DNA of 64,000 nucleotides, taken from NCBI GenBank assembly GCA_031554185.1, contig JAVBKE010000023.1:15597-79596 (forward strand), in the 5' to 3' direction. The stretch's first letter is position 1; every line of letters starts with the position of its first letter. Source of the DNA: Bacillales bacterium. GTDB lineage: Bacteria; Bacillota; Bacilli; JARBTR01. The notes below the pieces were generated by a model, which saw only the letters and a program-made list of their open reading frames with translations, was not told where the DNA came from and ran no database searches. Both the position numbers and the translations under genes were made by a program. This document shows positions 1 through 9,718 of the stretch, in pieces.

Positions 1-3000
1 TTCGTGAACCTAGCAGGATCTGGAGCAGTCACTGGGGTAATTACATCTATCGTGAAAGCTCTTACTCTCCTTGTTAATGTGCTTAACAAGATCCCAGAGC
101 CTGTTCTAACAGGATTAATTGTTGCTATTACTGGTTTGCTTGTCGCCAGAAAAGTTGTTGGGCCAATTAAAGAGCTTGGTGGAGGACTAGCAGGACTTGC
201 AAGTATCGCAAAGTCATTTACATCGATGAAAGGTCTGTCAAATTTCTTTGGATCAATGTTTGGAGGAGGTGGAATTGCAACTGGAGCAGAGACAATGGCA
301 AAGTCTGCAAAAAAGACAGCTGCTTCTCTTTCAAAGGGACAAACAGCAATGAAAACTGTTCAAATGGGAATGGGAAATCTTATTTTGATGGCAGCAGCGA
401 TTGCCGCTCTTGCAGGAGCTTTATGGGTTGCGTACAAGGCGATTCCTGATGATTGGTATGGACTCGCCAAGAAATTAACTATGCTCGGTGGTGCAGTTTT
501 AGGAATGGAAGCTCTCGCAGTGATTGCAGGAAAGATCAAATCAACAAGAGCTGGAATCTTGAATCTTATAGGAATTGCAGCAGCTATTGCAGCACTTGCC
601 GGAGCACTGTGGATTGTTGACAAAGCAATTCCAAATGATCTGTCTGGATTAATTCAAAAACTTGCAGTTTTATCTGGAGCGGTTGTCGCAATTGGAGGAC
701 TATCATTCGTTGCCGGCTTATTAAAAGGAAACATCATTCCAGGATTATTTGTTCTTGTCGGAATTGCAGGAGTTCTTGCTATAGTAGCAGCTGCTGTGAA
801 ATATGCTAACTCAGCTCTTCCTTCTGACGTTGGAGATTTTGCTAAAAAAGTTGCAAGCCTAGCAATTGGTGTTGCTGCAGTCGGAGTTCTTGCTGGTGTT
901 CTTGGGGCAATTATGATGACTGGAGTTGGAGCTGCAATATTAGTTGCAGGACTATTAGCTATGACAGCTATCTGCGGAGCAATGATTGTTGCAGCAAAAG
1001 CAATCGATGAAGTGAACAAAAAAGTTCCTGAAGATATCGGAAAAGTAAAAGATAAAATCAAAAATATCGGAGAAGTTGTTAAATATATCAGCACTATTTC
1101 TACTGGTGGTCTATTTAGTAATTTCAAAAATTCATTAAATGCAGGTTCTATATCTGGAGTCGTAAAAGCATACGCAGACATCGCTGTCGCTCTTAACAAG
1201 ATACAATCTATTGAGCTAAATCCCGAAGCTATCAAAAACAAGATCATACTGATCTCAACAATTATGCATCTTGTAGCTGATTCTGGCGGAGAATCGATTG
1301 GATCAATGATCTCATCAATTGCGAAACAATTCTTAGCAAAAGTCGACATCGGAATTGTTGCCCAAGTTGTTAAAACATACTACGATGTTGCTGAAACTCT
1401 TAACAAACTTCAATCAATTGAATTGAACCCTGCAGCTATCTATGGTAAACTCGCAATTCTTAAGCAAGTAATTAGTTATGTTGCTGATCCAGGAGATAAG
1501 GGAATTGGCTCGATGATTGCTCAAACTGCGAAACAATTTTTGGCTATGGTTGACACAGCTCTAATTGGTAAAGTTGTCGACACATATTATACAGTTGCAA
1601 AACAATTAAATGAAATTCAAGGAATTGAATTAGACATTGGAATGATTCAAGTAAAATTGAACCTTCTAAAGAAATGCATCGATCTCGTGGCGTACAACGG
1701 AGACGAAGGTTTTTGGCAAATTCTAAGTAGAGCTTCAAAGCAAGCTTTGGATGCAAAAGCAACTGAAAATGCTGGGAAAGTTGTTCAAACATATGCATCT
1801 GTGATTGATGCTCTGAAAAAGATCGAGCAAGAAGTTACATTCAATCCTTCTGATCTTGAAAAGAAAATTAGTGATCTTGGGAAAATAATGAAAGTTGTTT
1901 TTGACACCAAGGGATCTGGTGGACTATTTGGAGCAGTTGGAAGCTTCTTTAGTGGAAAATCTATCACCGAAGATCAAGTTAGTACGGTTGTTTCTATCGT
2001 TAAAAAAATGGCAGAAATTTCAAAAGCTCTTAATGGAATGGAAGGCGTCAATCCTGGAAACGTCGACAAAATTGAAAGTATTTCTAACTGTATTTCAAAA
2101 ATAAACAATGTCAAAAGTATCAAAGACATCGGAGGCATTGAGCACACAGTAAATATGGCTGTTGCAATTGTTTACAAGATGCAAGAAGTCGTAGTCGGAA
2201 TGAACAAACTTTCTGGTCCAAAACCTGATACAGCCGCAATTCTTGAGAGTATTGCAAACGCATTGAACAAAGTTGATTTAATCAAAAACATCAAAGACAT
2301 CGGTGCGAAAGAGCATATGGTCGGAATGGCAACATCAATAATTTACAAGTTCATGGAACTAGTAAAAGTAATGAATCAATTAGAAGGTCCAAAATCTAGT
2401 GTTGTTGCTGCTATCGAAAGTATTACGAATTCGATGAGTAAATTATCTGGAATCGATGTGCTCAAAGATATTGGCGCAAAAGAACACATGATCGGTATGT
2501 CAACCTCTATTGCTTACAAGATGAAGGAATTTGTTGGAGCGGCAAATCAACTAGAGGGTCCAAAATCTGACACAGTTGCAATAATCGATAGTATTAAGAA
2601 TTGCCTTAATAAAATTTCTGATATTAAAACAGTCGACGATATCGGCGCAAAAGAATATACAGTTGCTGCTTCAATATCTATTGTTAACAAATTAAATGAA
2701 TTAACAAAAGTTCTAAATACACTTTCAGGTCCAAAACCAGAAACAGTTTCTATAATTCAAAGTATCGGAAATTGTATCAACAAGATCTCTGACATTAACG
2801 TCAAGGAAATTGGTGAAATTGCAAACACAGTGTCTACATCGGTGTCGATTGTTGGAAAAATGAAAGAACTTGTTGGAGTTCTAAACACACTTCAAGGTCC
2901 AAAACCGGAAGTTGCGGAAATAATCAAAAGTATTCAAAACTGTATTTCAAAAATTGTTAACGTACCATTTGCTGGAGACATAGGAAACAAAGAGTTCGTC

Positions 3001-4494
3001 GTAAATATGTCGATGTCAATAGTTTACAAGATGAGAGAACTGTCATCTGTCTTGAACACTCTTCAAGGACCTCGTCCTGAAACTATTTCAAACATTCAAA
3101 GCATCCAAAACTGTATTCGATCTATAGTCGATATTCAAGTTGCTGGTGACATCGGAGACAAGGAGCATATGGTCGGAATGGCTATGTCGATTGTTTATAA
3201 GATGACAGAGCTTTCAAGAGTTCTTAATTCTCTTCAAGGTCCGAAACCTGACACTATCCCTATTTTGCAAAGCATTCAAAACTGTATACGACAGATTTCT
3301 TACTCTCCAACTATGAGTGACATGGGAGAAAAAGAATGGACAACAAATATGGCAATGTCGATTCTTTACAAGTACACAGAATTCGCTAGAGTTCTCAATT
3401 CATTGACAAAACCAAGTCCTGAAGCAGAGACAAATCTTTCTGGAATTCAAAGTTCGATAACTAAAATAGCATTTTACTCTCCTGTTGGTAGTGAACTTGG
3501 AGAAAAAGAATGGACAGTAAACATGGCAATGAGTATCTTGTATAAGATGAGAGAATTTGTTGGTGTGTTAAATACACTTCCCGCTGTTGCTGAAGTCGCT
3601 CTAATAAACGTTGATCTAGCAAAAACTGGCCTTACAAGAATTCTTGATATCAGCGGAGATTCTGCTGCTGCTACTGAAAAACTAGCCGTCATCTCAGTAG
3701 CAATCGATATAGCAAATAAGTTACGAGAATTTGCGGGAATTATTTCGACTCTTCCAGCTATCACACCTGAAACTACAGCTGGATTAGTTTCATTGATTCA
3801 AACTATGGGACAAATGGTTAACGCAGTAATTTCAACTATCTCTGGTCAATCACAACAACTTTATAATGTTGGATTCTCGTTTGGAACAAAATTGACAGAA
3901 GGTTGGAACACAGCATTAATTCCAGAAAAAATGAAAGAAACAATTTCAACGGCGCTTAATTCTCTGGGTCAAATGGGTCCTCTATTCTTTACAACTGGTG
4001 CATCATTTGCAAACGCTCTTGGAAATGCATTTAGAAGTGCTAGAGACTGGAACGGAGATGGATTCCACGTTGGATATTGGATGGCTCAAGGAGTTATCAA
4101 CGGATTAAAGAGCAGACAATTCGAAGTTAATTCAGCCGCAGCTCAATTATCAACATCAGCTTCAAAAGCAATGGCAGATGCAGTTAAAGTTAAGTCTCCA
4201 TCACGAGTAACATATGCAATTGGTGAATTTATCGGAGAAGGACTTGCTCAAGGTATGCTTTCACAAATTTCAAACGTTCAATCTTCTTCAGAGCAATTAG
4301 CTAATGCAATCGCAAAACCGTTTGAAACTCTTAAATCAATGGATGTTAATGTTTCAGGCAATGCGCAAGTTTCAGGATCACCAGCGTCTTCTGGTGCAAC
4401 TAAGGATGGCATTACAATGTATAATACATTTAATACAGAGGCAGACGTTGACAAATTAGCAAGAGATATGTATTGGGAGTATTTAAAGGCGTAA
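1..4494 (+). CDS. tail tape measure protein (5' end lies outside window)
   Basis: 1496-aa ORF open to window start; Gly/Ala-rich hydrophobic segments near N-term; two families of in-frame tandem repeats; followed by Dit/Tal-like genes. Confidence 0.8.
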   Translation, partial: FVNLAGSGAVTGVITSIVKALTLLVNVLNKIPEPVLTGLIVAITGLLVARKVVGPIKELGGGLAGLASIAKSFTSMKGLSNFFGSMFGGGGIATGAETMAKSAKKTAASLSKGQTAMKTVQMGMGNLILMAAAIAALAGALWVAYKAIPDDWYGLAKKLTMLGGAVLGMEALAVIAGKIKSTRAGILNLIGIAAAIAALAGALWIVDKAIPNDLSGLIQKLAVLSGAVVAIGGLSFVAGLLKGNIIPGLFVLVGIAGVLAIVAAAVKYANSALPSDVGDFAKKVASLAIGVAAVGVLAGVLGAIMMTGVGAAILVAGLLAMTAICGAMIVAAKAIDEVNKKVPEDIGKVKDKIKNIGEVVKYISTISTGGLFSNFKNSLNAGSISGVVKAYADIAVALNKIQSIELNPEAIKNKIILISTIMHLVADSGGESIGSMISSIAKQFLAKVDIGIVAQVVKTYYDVAETLNKLQSIELNPAAIYGKLAILKQVISYVADPGDKGIGSMIAQTAKQFLAMVDTALIGKVVDTYYTVAKQLNEIQGIELDIGMIQVKLNLLKKCIDLVAYNGDEGFWQILSRASKQALDAKATENAGKVVQTYASVIDALKKIEQEVTFNPSDLEKKISDLGKIMKVVFDTKGSGGLFGAVGSFFSGKSITEDQVSTVVSIVKKMAEISKALNGMEGVNPGNVDKIESISNCISKINNVKSIKDIGGIEHTVNMAVAIVYKMQEVVVGMNKLSGPKPDTAAILESIANALNKVDLIKNIKDIGAKEHMVGMATSIIYKFMELVKVMNQLEGPKSSVVAAIESITNSMSKLSGIDVLKDIGAKEHMIGMSTSIAYKMKEFVGAANQLEGPKSDTVAIIDSIKNCLNKISDIKTVDDIGAKEYTVAASISIVNKLNELTKVLNTLSGPKPETVSIIQSIGNCINKISDINVKEIGEIANTVSTSVSIVGKMKELVGVLNTLQGPKPEVAEIIKSIQNCISKIVNVPFAGDIGNKEFVVNMSMSIVYKMRELSSVLNTLQGPRPETISNIQSIQNCIRSIVDIQVAGDIGDKEHMVGMAMSIVYKMTELSRVLNSLQGPKPDTIPILQSIQNCIRQISYSPTMSDMGEKEWTTNMAMSILYKYTEFARVLNSLTKPSPEAETNLSGIQSSITKIAFYSPVGSELGEKEWTVNMAMSILYKMREFVGVLNTLPAVAEVALINVDLAKTGLTRILDISGDSAAATEKLAVISVAIDIANKLREFAGIISTLPAITPETTAGLVSLIQTMGQMVNAVISTISGQSQQLYNVGFSFGTKLTEGWNTALIPEKMKETISTALNSLGQMGPLFFTTGASFANALGNAFRSARDWNGDGFHVGYWMAQGVINGLKSRQFEVNSAAAQLSTSASKAMADAVKVKSPSRVTYAIGEFIGEGLAQGMLSQISNVQSSSEQLANAIAKPFETLKSMDVNVSGNAQVSGSPASSGATKDGITMYNTFNTEADVDKLARDMYWEYLKA
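2100..3600 (+). repeat. about 9 tandem coding repeats (~171-177 nt, ~58 aa units, consensus ..DIGxKEhxVxMxxSIvYKMxELxxVLNxLxGPKP..) inside tape measure gene
   Basis: repeat units visible in the translation from aa ~700 to ~1190. Confidence 0.8.
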
Positions 4495-4495
4495 T

Positions 4496-5404
4496 ATGCA
4501 GATTTTAGCAGGAACACAAAGAGTAGACCGAGGTAAAGTTATTACTGAGGGAATTGAATTTGGCACCGAAAACGGAGATATCCAAATTGTTTCTGTGACA
4601 GGACTTGAAAGACCACCAATTCGAAATAACTATGGAGATTGGTCTGGTAGAGATGGTGGATATATGAGTTCACAACTTTACAGTGCCCGACAAATTACGA
4701 TTAACGGGTTTTATTACGACGAGTACTGGAATTGTCCTCCAGGAAGCAAATATCGATCTTCAGAATATAGTTCTAGAGAAAGACTGATTAATAAACTTAC
4801 TATTCGAAAATTATATCCGATATTTATTAAGTTCAGTTCAGGAAAAATCTTTTACACAGAAGGTTATTGTATTGATATTAAAGCTGATTATGACAACTAT
4901 AAAACAGGAAACTACCAAGTAACATTTTATTGTCCAGATTATCCTCTTTCACTTGCAGGAAAATACGGAGACTTAACTTCAATTTGGAATGAAGATCTTT
5001 TGTTTACAGAAATTTTTGGTGGTCACTTAGTACCAGAAACACTTCCAGTCCTGTTTGAAGCAGGACAACATGCTACAACGATATTTAATGCTGGTCCTAT
5101 TGAGACATGGCCAATAATCGAATTGACAGGTCCATTTTCTTCGCCAGTTATTTTGCTAAATGCGACAACGAATACATATATTCAGATTGATACTACTCTT
5201 GTAAAATCTCAAAAACTTGTCGTCAACATGAGAGAAAGAGAAGTCACGATTAACGGGAAGTCAGCATCTATGAGTATTAATCCTAACTCGAACTGGTGGC
5301 CTCTTGTCCCAGGAGACAATCGAATCTATCTTCTTTCATCTGGTGGAAGTAATGACAACGACAGAGCAGTAATTAAATGGACAACTGATTACGAAGGTGC
5401 ATAA
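4496..5404 (+). CDS. distal tail protein (Dit)-like
   Basis: 302-aa ORF immediately after tape measure stop; conserved siphovirus gene order. Confidence 0.5.
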   Translation: MQILAGTQRVDRGKVITEGIEFGTENGDIQIVSVTGLERPPIRNNYGDWSGRDGGYMSSQLYSARQITINGFYYDEYWNCPPGSKYRSSEYSSRERLINKLTIRKLYPIFIKFSSGKIFYTEGYCIDIKADYDNYKTGNYQVTFYCPDYPLSLAGKYGDLTSIWNEDLLFTEIFGGHLVPETLPVLFEAGQHATTIFNAGPIETWPIIELTGPFSSPVILLNATTNTYIQIDTTLVKSQKLVVNMREREVTINGKSASMSINPNSNWWPLVPGDNRIYLLSSGGSNDNDRAVIKWTTDYEGA

Positions 5405-5406
5405 AC

Positions 5407-7050
5407 ATGAAGAATGATGGCCTTACACCTTGGATTTCCGAATTAAAAATTCCTGACTATCGAATTGAACTTTATGACTCGAAATCTAATAAGATGCTTG
5501 CAGATCTTTCAAATATCGCTATTTCTGACTTGACAATTGAAAAAGAAAGAAATCAACCAGATTTTGGTGATGTAACTATTGAATATACTCAGTTTATTAA
5601 GAAAATGGAGAGAACTTCGACATGGAGTCAAAATGTTCTTGAGCCGTATTTAACAAATGTTGTAATTAAAAGAGACTTCAAGCCTCTTACCGGAGGATAT
5701 CTGGAGCACGTTTCATTAAAACTTTCTCAAGTTGGAAAAGAAGAACTTCAAGTAAAGTTTTCTGGTTTTGGAGAAATGCTCAACAAAAGATTTATCGAAG
5801 TTGGATATGGTGGTATGACTTATGCTCAAATGGCTCGTCAAATTGTTACCGATGCTCAACACGAAAAAAATTATATTGAAAATTATGCTTTTGAAACATC
5901 GGAAGACTGGTTTGATGGATGGACTTATTCTTCCGGAGAAGAACCAACAAGAAGTAATCCACGGTTGTGGGGAGGTGGTATTTATATTTTAAGTGGTCAA
6001 GGAATCCGATATAATTTCCCAGACAAAATGGAGTCGAATCATGGAGATTTATTTTTCAGCTTTTATAGTAAACACTCTGGAACATATCGGATAGACTTGA
6101 TTGACTCGAATAATTCGACGATTAGAAGTGTTTCTGGATCTGTTTCAGGAGAATCATTCGTTAAAAATTCAATAACAATTCCCAACACATCTCAAGAAGT
6201 TTATGGAATTAGATTTAATGTTTTGTCAGGAAATTTAGATCTTAGTGAATTTCAACTCTACAAAAAACCATCTCCAGGAGATGAGTACGATCTAGGAATT
6301 CGATTTGGAGATTATTATCCAGACGTTAATTGGCCAGCAACAAGAACACGACATTATCATCAACAAAACGCAAAAGATGCGCTGTATAATCTTTCAAAAT
6401 TAGCTGAAAATCCAGAAGAAAACTTTGAATACAACTTTAGTTGGGATAGAAAATTCAATCTATATGAATACGAAGGAAATCCTGCTGTAGTAAAAACAAT
6501 CACGTATCCTGGAGATATTCAAACAATTGAAATCGAAAGAGGAATCGAAGAGGTTTACAACACAAATTATGGATCAGCTCAAGAAGAGCAGTCAACTTCA
6601 ACTTCTGACGGAGTAAGTAGTGTCGTTAAGTGGGCAACATTAGCTCAAGACAAAAGTTCTATAAACAAATACGGAGTATTGGCTAAATATAGCTCTTACA
6701 GTGGTGTGAAAAACCAACAAGACCTTGATAATGCAGCAAAAGCTGACTTAAATATCCATAACGACATTCAAACTGTTCCAAGTCTGTTAATTGAAACAAA
6801 TAAATTAAACCCTTCAAACCTTAGTATTGGTGATGCAACAGGACTAAATGTTTTGGCAGATGAATATTTTTCTTTCTTAAATGGAGCATACAGGATTTAT
6901 TCGTACAGGCTGAATATCACCACAGACTCAGTTGAAAAAATGGAAATTACAATGTGCCAACCAGGGTGGCCAGCAACTCAAAGAATGACATTTCCAAAAT
7001 TGATCAAGCAAGTTCAAAGAGACATCTTTAGAATTGAAAAGAGTAAATAA
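5407..7050 (+). CDS. tail-associated protein (Tal)-like / baseplate hub
   Basis: 547-aa ORF following Dit-like gene; position-based call. Confidence 0.45.
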   Translation: MKNDGLTPWISELKIPDYRIELYDSKSNKMLADLSNIAISDLTIEKERNQPDFGDVTIEYTQFIKKMERTSTWSQNVLEPYLTNVVIKRDFKPLTGGYLEHVSLKLSQVGKEELQVKFSGFGEMLNKRFIEVGYGGMTYAQMARQIVTDAQHEKNYIENYAFETSEDWFDGWTYSSGEEPTRSNPRLWGGGIYILSGQGIRYNFPDKMESNHGDLFFSFYSKHSGTYRIDLIDSNNSTIRSVSGSVSGESFVKNSITIPNTSQEVYGIRFNVLSGNLDLSEFQLYKKPSPGDEYDLGIRFGDYYPDVNWPATRTRHYHQQNAKDALYNLSKLAENPEENFEYNFSWDRKFNLYEYEGNPAVVKTITYPGDIQTIEIERGIEEVYNTNYGSAQEEQSTSTSDGVSSVVKWATLAQDKSSINKYGVLAKYSSYSGVKNQQDLDNAAKADLNIHNDIQTVPSLLIETNKLNPSNLSIGDATGLNVLADEYFSFLNGAYRIYSYRLNITTDSVEKMEITMCQPGWPATQRMTFPKLIKQVQRDIFRIEKSK

Positions 7051-7400
7051 TGAGTTACGTAACTTATGAGTCAGACCCAGAAAAGATCTTAGCTAAAATT
7101 CAACTTGACACAAATATTGCTATGAGATTGGCATTAGAGGATATTCATAGACTTTCAAGAAAAATTACTCCGATGAAAAGTGGAGCTCTTAGAATGAACA
7201 CTCGACGATCTGTCGAACCTTGGTCAGGAACAATCGTTTGGGTAGAGCAATATTCGTGGTACCAAGAACGAGGATATACTTCAGGTCCAGTAACAAACTA
7301 CACTACATCTGGAACGGGACCCTGGTTTGCTAGAAGATCTGTAACATACGTAGTTGGCAGAATGCAAAATTACTACCCTCAAAGTTATATTAGAAGGTAA
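7050..7400 (+). CDS. hypothetical structural protein
   Basis: 116-aa ORF, ATG overlaps upstream stop (taATG); same strand as tail module. Confidence 0.45.
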   Translation: MSYVTYESDPEKILAKIQLDTNIAMRLALEDIHRLSRKITPMKSGALRMNTRRSVEPWSGTIVWVEQYSWYQERGYTSGPVTNYTTSGTGPWFARRSVTYVVGRMQNYYPQSYIRR

Positions 7401-7434
7401 TGCAAATATTTAAAAATGGTAAAATGTAAATAAT

Positions 7435-8043
7435 ATGGCAGTCAGAAAAGCCCCAAAACCAGTAGTATATGACGCAATGGTCAGAGGAACGAATAATTAC
7501 ATTCCTGTTTCTTTTGTTAATTTAAATTCTGCAGACAATACAACGACTCCAAAAAGTCTTGAAGGAAAAATCGCAGTCTTAACTGTAAAAGCAGTTCAAT
7601 ATGACGGAATCCGTCCTGAAAAAATTCAAGGGACAGCAAAAGCCGACTGGCAAAATGAGCAAAAAGATATTTCTTCAGCGATCACAGATGTCGACAAAGA
7701 ATTATCGGGATTCACATATGATGTTCTATTTAAAATTTCTGTAGATTGTGATGATGCAACCTCTGGAGAAGCTGGACCAACGGATACATCTTCTTGGTGG
7801 AAAAATAATTATCATGGAATGTATGGACTTGATCCAGCTGAAGGAAGAGTTATTTTTAGAATCAGCAAAAGGCAAACTCAAATTCCTCCAGCAATTTATT
7901 ATTTCGATGTACGGATTATGGAAAAAAGCAAGTCAGAACTTGGATTGATCAAAGAGTGTAGAGACTTTATGCCAGTTTTTGGAACAATAGAAATCGTTGG
8001 AACACCAACTAACAGAACCAGCGTTTTTGACTGGAAACTTTAA
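7435..8043 (+). CDS. hypothetical structural protein
   Basis: 202-aa ORF in tail module. Confidence 0.45.
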   Translation: MAVRKAPKPVVYDAMVRGTNNYIPVSFVNLNSADNTTTPKSLEGKIAVLTVKAVQYDGIRPEKIQGTAKADWQNEQKDISSAITDVDKELSGFTYDVLFKISVDCDDATSGEAGPTDTSSWWKNNYHGMYGLDPAEGRVIFRISKRQTQIPPAIYYFDVRIMEKSKSELGLIKECRDFMPVFGTIEIVGTPTNRTSVFDWKL

Positions 8044-8055
8044 GGAGAATAAAAC

Positions 8056-8784
8056 ATGGACCCTGATGCAAATATTTTTGGAACTTATGTAGCTTACAGA
8101 GATAATGATTCTTGGACATCCGAACGAGGTGCGAGCAAGTTTATAGATCGATTTGTAACGAATATTTTAGACTCAGAAACAGGATCGAATGGAGCTGTGC
8201 TAAACGGATTTAATGTTGTTCCCAACACTCCTTCAGATATGTCAATAGTTGTTAAATCTCAAGGTCACTTGAAAATCAAGTATAATGATTATTGTTATCT
8301 TGGCTGGAACGATAAAGATTTTATTCTTCCATTAGCTGGCTCAGACCAAGCATTCTCTAGATATTCATATATCGTTGTTTACATCGATAGAGATATTATT
8401 TTTGATGAAGGCGACCACATAATTGAAAGTCCTTCAGTTTTAAAAATTAAAGAAATCGAAGGTGTTGCTCAATCAAATCCAGTTCCGCCTTCAATGAGTG
8501 ACATCAAAGCTGTGGTTGGAGTCAATAACCCTTATCTGGTTATTGCTTTAATCGAAATTCCTGCAAATGCCACAGATATTAAAACAGCAAATATCATAGA
8601 CAAAAGACCTCCTGCAAATCTTTCTCCTGATTTAGGATTTGATCCAGACAATTCATTTGTTGCTGGTGTTTTACAACCAGATGCAGCAAAAACAAAAACT
8701 CGAATAATTATCACTGGTCCGACAGCTCCAACTCCTGCAGCAATTCCAGGTGTTCAACTTATCTGGCTACGTAAGAAGGTGTAA
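8056..8784 (+). CDS. hypothetical structural protein
   Basis: 242-aa ORF with AAGGAG RBS upstream. Confidence 0.5.
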   Translation: MDPDANIFGTYVAYRDNDSWTSERGASKFIDRFVTNILDSETGSNGAVLNGFNVVPNTPSDMSIVVKSQGHLKIKYNDYCYLGWNDKDFILPLAGSDQAFSRYSYIVVYIDRDIIFDEGDHIIESPSVLKIKEIEGVAQSNPVPPSMSDIKAVVGVNNPYLVIALIEIPANATDIKTANIIDKRPPANLSPDLGFDPDNSFVAGVLQPDAAKTKTRIIITGPTAPTPAAIPGVQLIWLRKKV

Positions 8785-8786
8785 AC

Positions 8787-9665
8787 ATGGCTCAGTCGAT
8801 TTATACTTATAGAGACAACGGAGCTGGAAATTCTGGAACTCTTGCAGTAAATTGGCATACTTCAGGAACGACACTTGTAATTGATTCTATAGCGTTTCCG
8901 TCAACAACAGGTGGATGGCACTGGCAAAACTCAATTAGACTCCAATTGGTCTGTAATGGAAGTATAATTTACGATAAGTCAAGCGGAGTTGGATATTCTC
9001 ACGAAGGGCCAGATAGTTACAGCACATCAGCGAGAGATTATTTTAATTCCAGCTTACCAGTAAGTTTTTCAATTTCTGGCTCAGGATCAATTTCTTGTAG
9101 TTTCGGAGATACAGTCGGCGGAGGAACATCTCTAAGAGTTCAAAACTTTGGAGGACTCTCGTTTTCTGGTGGAGACAACCCTGATTTCACTACTGTTACT
9201 CCTCCTAACTTTAACTCTGTTTCTATCAGCACATCAAATCCGTCTGTTTATCGATTGGATTCTGCAATTTCAGGAGTCGACTGGGGAATCGGATATAGCT
9301 CGAGAAATCTATGGGTAAATTATTCTTACAGCATCGATGGAGTTCCTGTCAACTACACTGTTGCTTCATGGCAAGATGGAAGAACAAGTGCTTCGGTTTC
9401 AGTTAATGGACTTGCAGCTCAACCAGCATCTCCATGGCTAAAGGTTCCAGATGATGAAACAGTTACAGTCATCTGGACTGCTCAAACTAACATTGGAACA
9501 GCTTCTGGAACAAGAACTCAATATTGTCAACCAAGTTATGATGCTTTTGTTATTGAACAAGGTGTTAATAATGGCAACCCAGTAGCTTCTGATTTAATAG
9601 TGTCAAACACAACTGGTTCGCAACCAAACAAAGCGATCAGACGAATTGCTACAGTCGGTCCCTAA
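8787..9665 (+). CDS. hypothetical Ser/Gly/Thr-rich structural protein (possible receptor-binding component)
   Basis: 292-aa ORF, beta-rich low-complexity composition, last gene before lysin. Confidence 0.45.
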   Translation: MAQSIYTYRDNGAGNSGTLAVNWHTSGTTLVIDSIAFPSTTGGWHWQNSIRLQLVCNGSIIYDKSSGVGYSHEGPDSYSTSARDYFNSSLPVSFSISGSGSISCSFGDTVGGGTSLRVQNFGGLSFSGGDNPDFTTVTPPNFNSVSISTSNPSVYRLDSAISGVDWGIGYSSRNLWVNYSYSIDGVPVNYTVASWQDGRTSASVSVNGLAAQPASPWLKVPDDETVTVIWTAQTNIGTASGTRTQYCQPSYDAFVIEQGVNNGNPVASDLIVSNTTGSQPNKAIRRIATVGP

Positions 9666-9718
9666 AATTACCCAGACCATTAATTGTATAATTAATATAT
9701 TAAAGATCGAGGGATAAA

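Noticed and set aside
360-1349. Minus-strand ORFs (360-623, 654-1349) inside the tape measure gene
   Set aside because: Antisense to a long, repeat-rich coding ORF; the Ala/Ile-rich translations are artefacts of the complementary GC-rich codons
2100-3600. Regular ~175-nt tandem repeats considered as a possible CRISPR-like or satellite array
   Set aside because: The repeats are in frame and divergent at synonymous positions, consistent with protein-coding tape-measure repeats; no short identical direct repeats with unique spacers anywhere in the window
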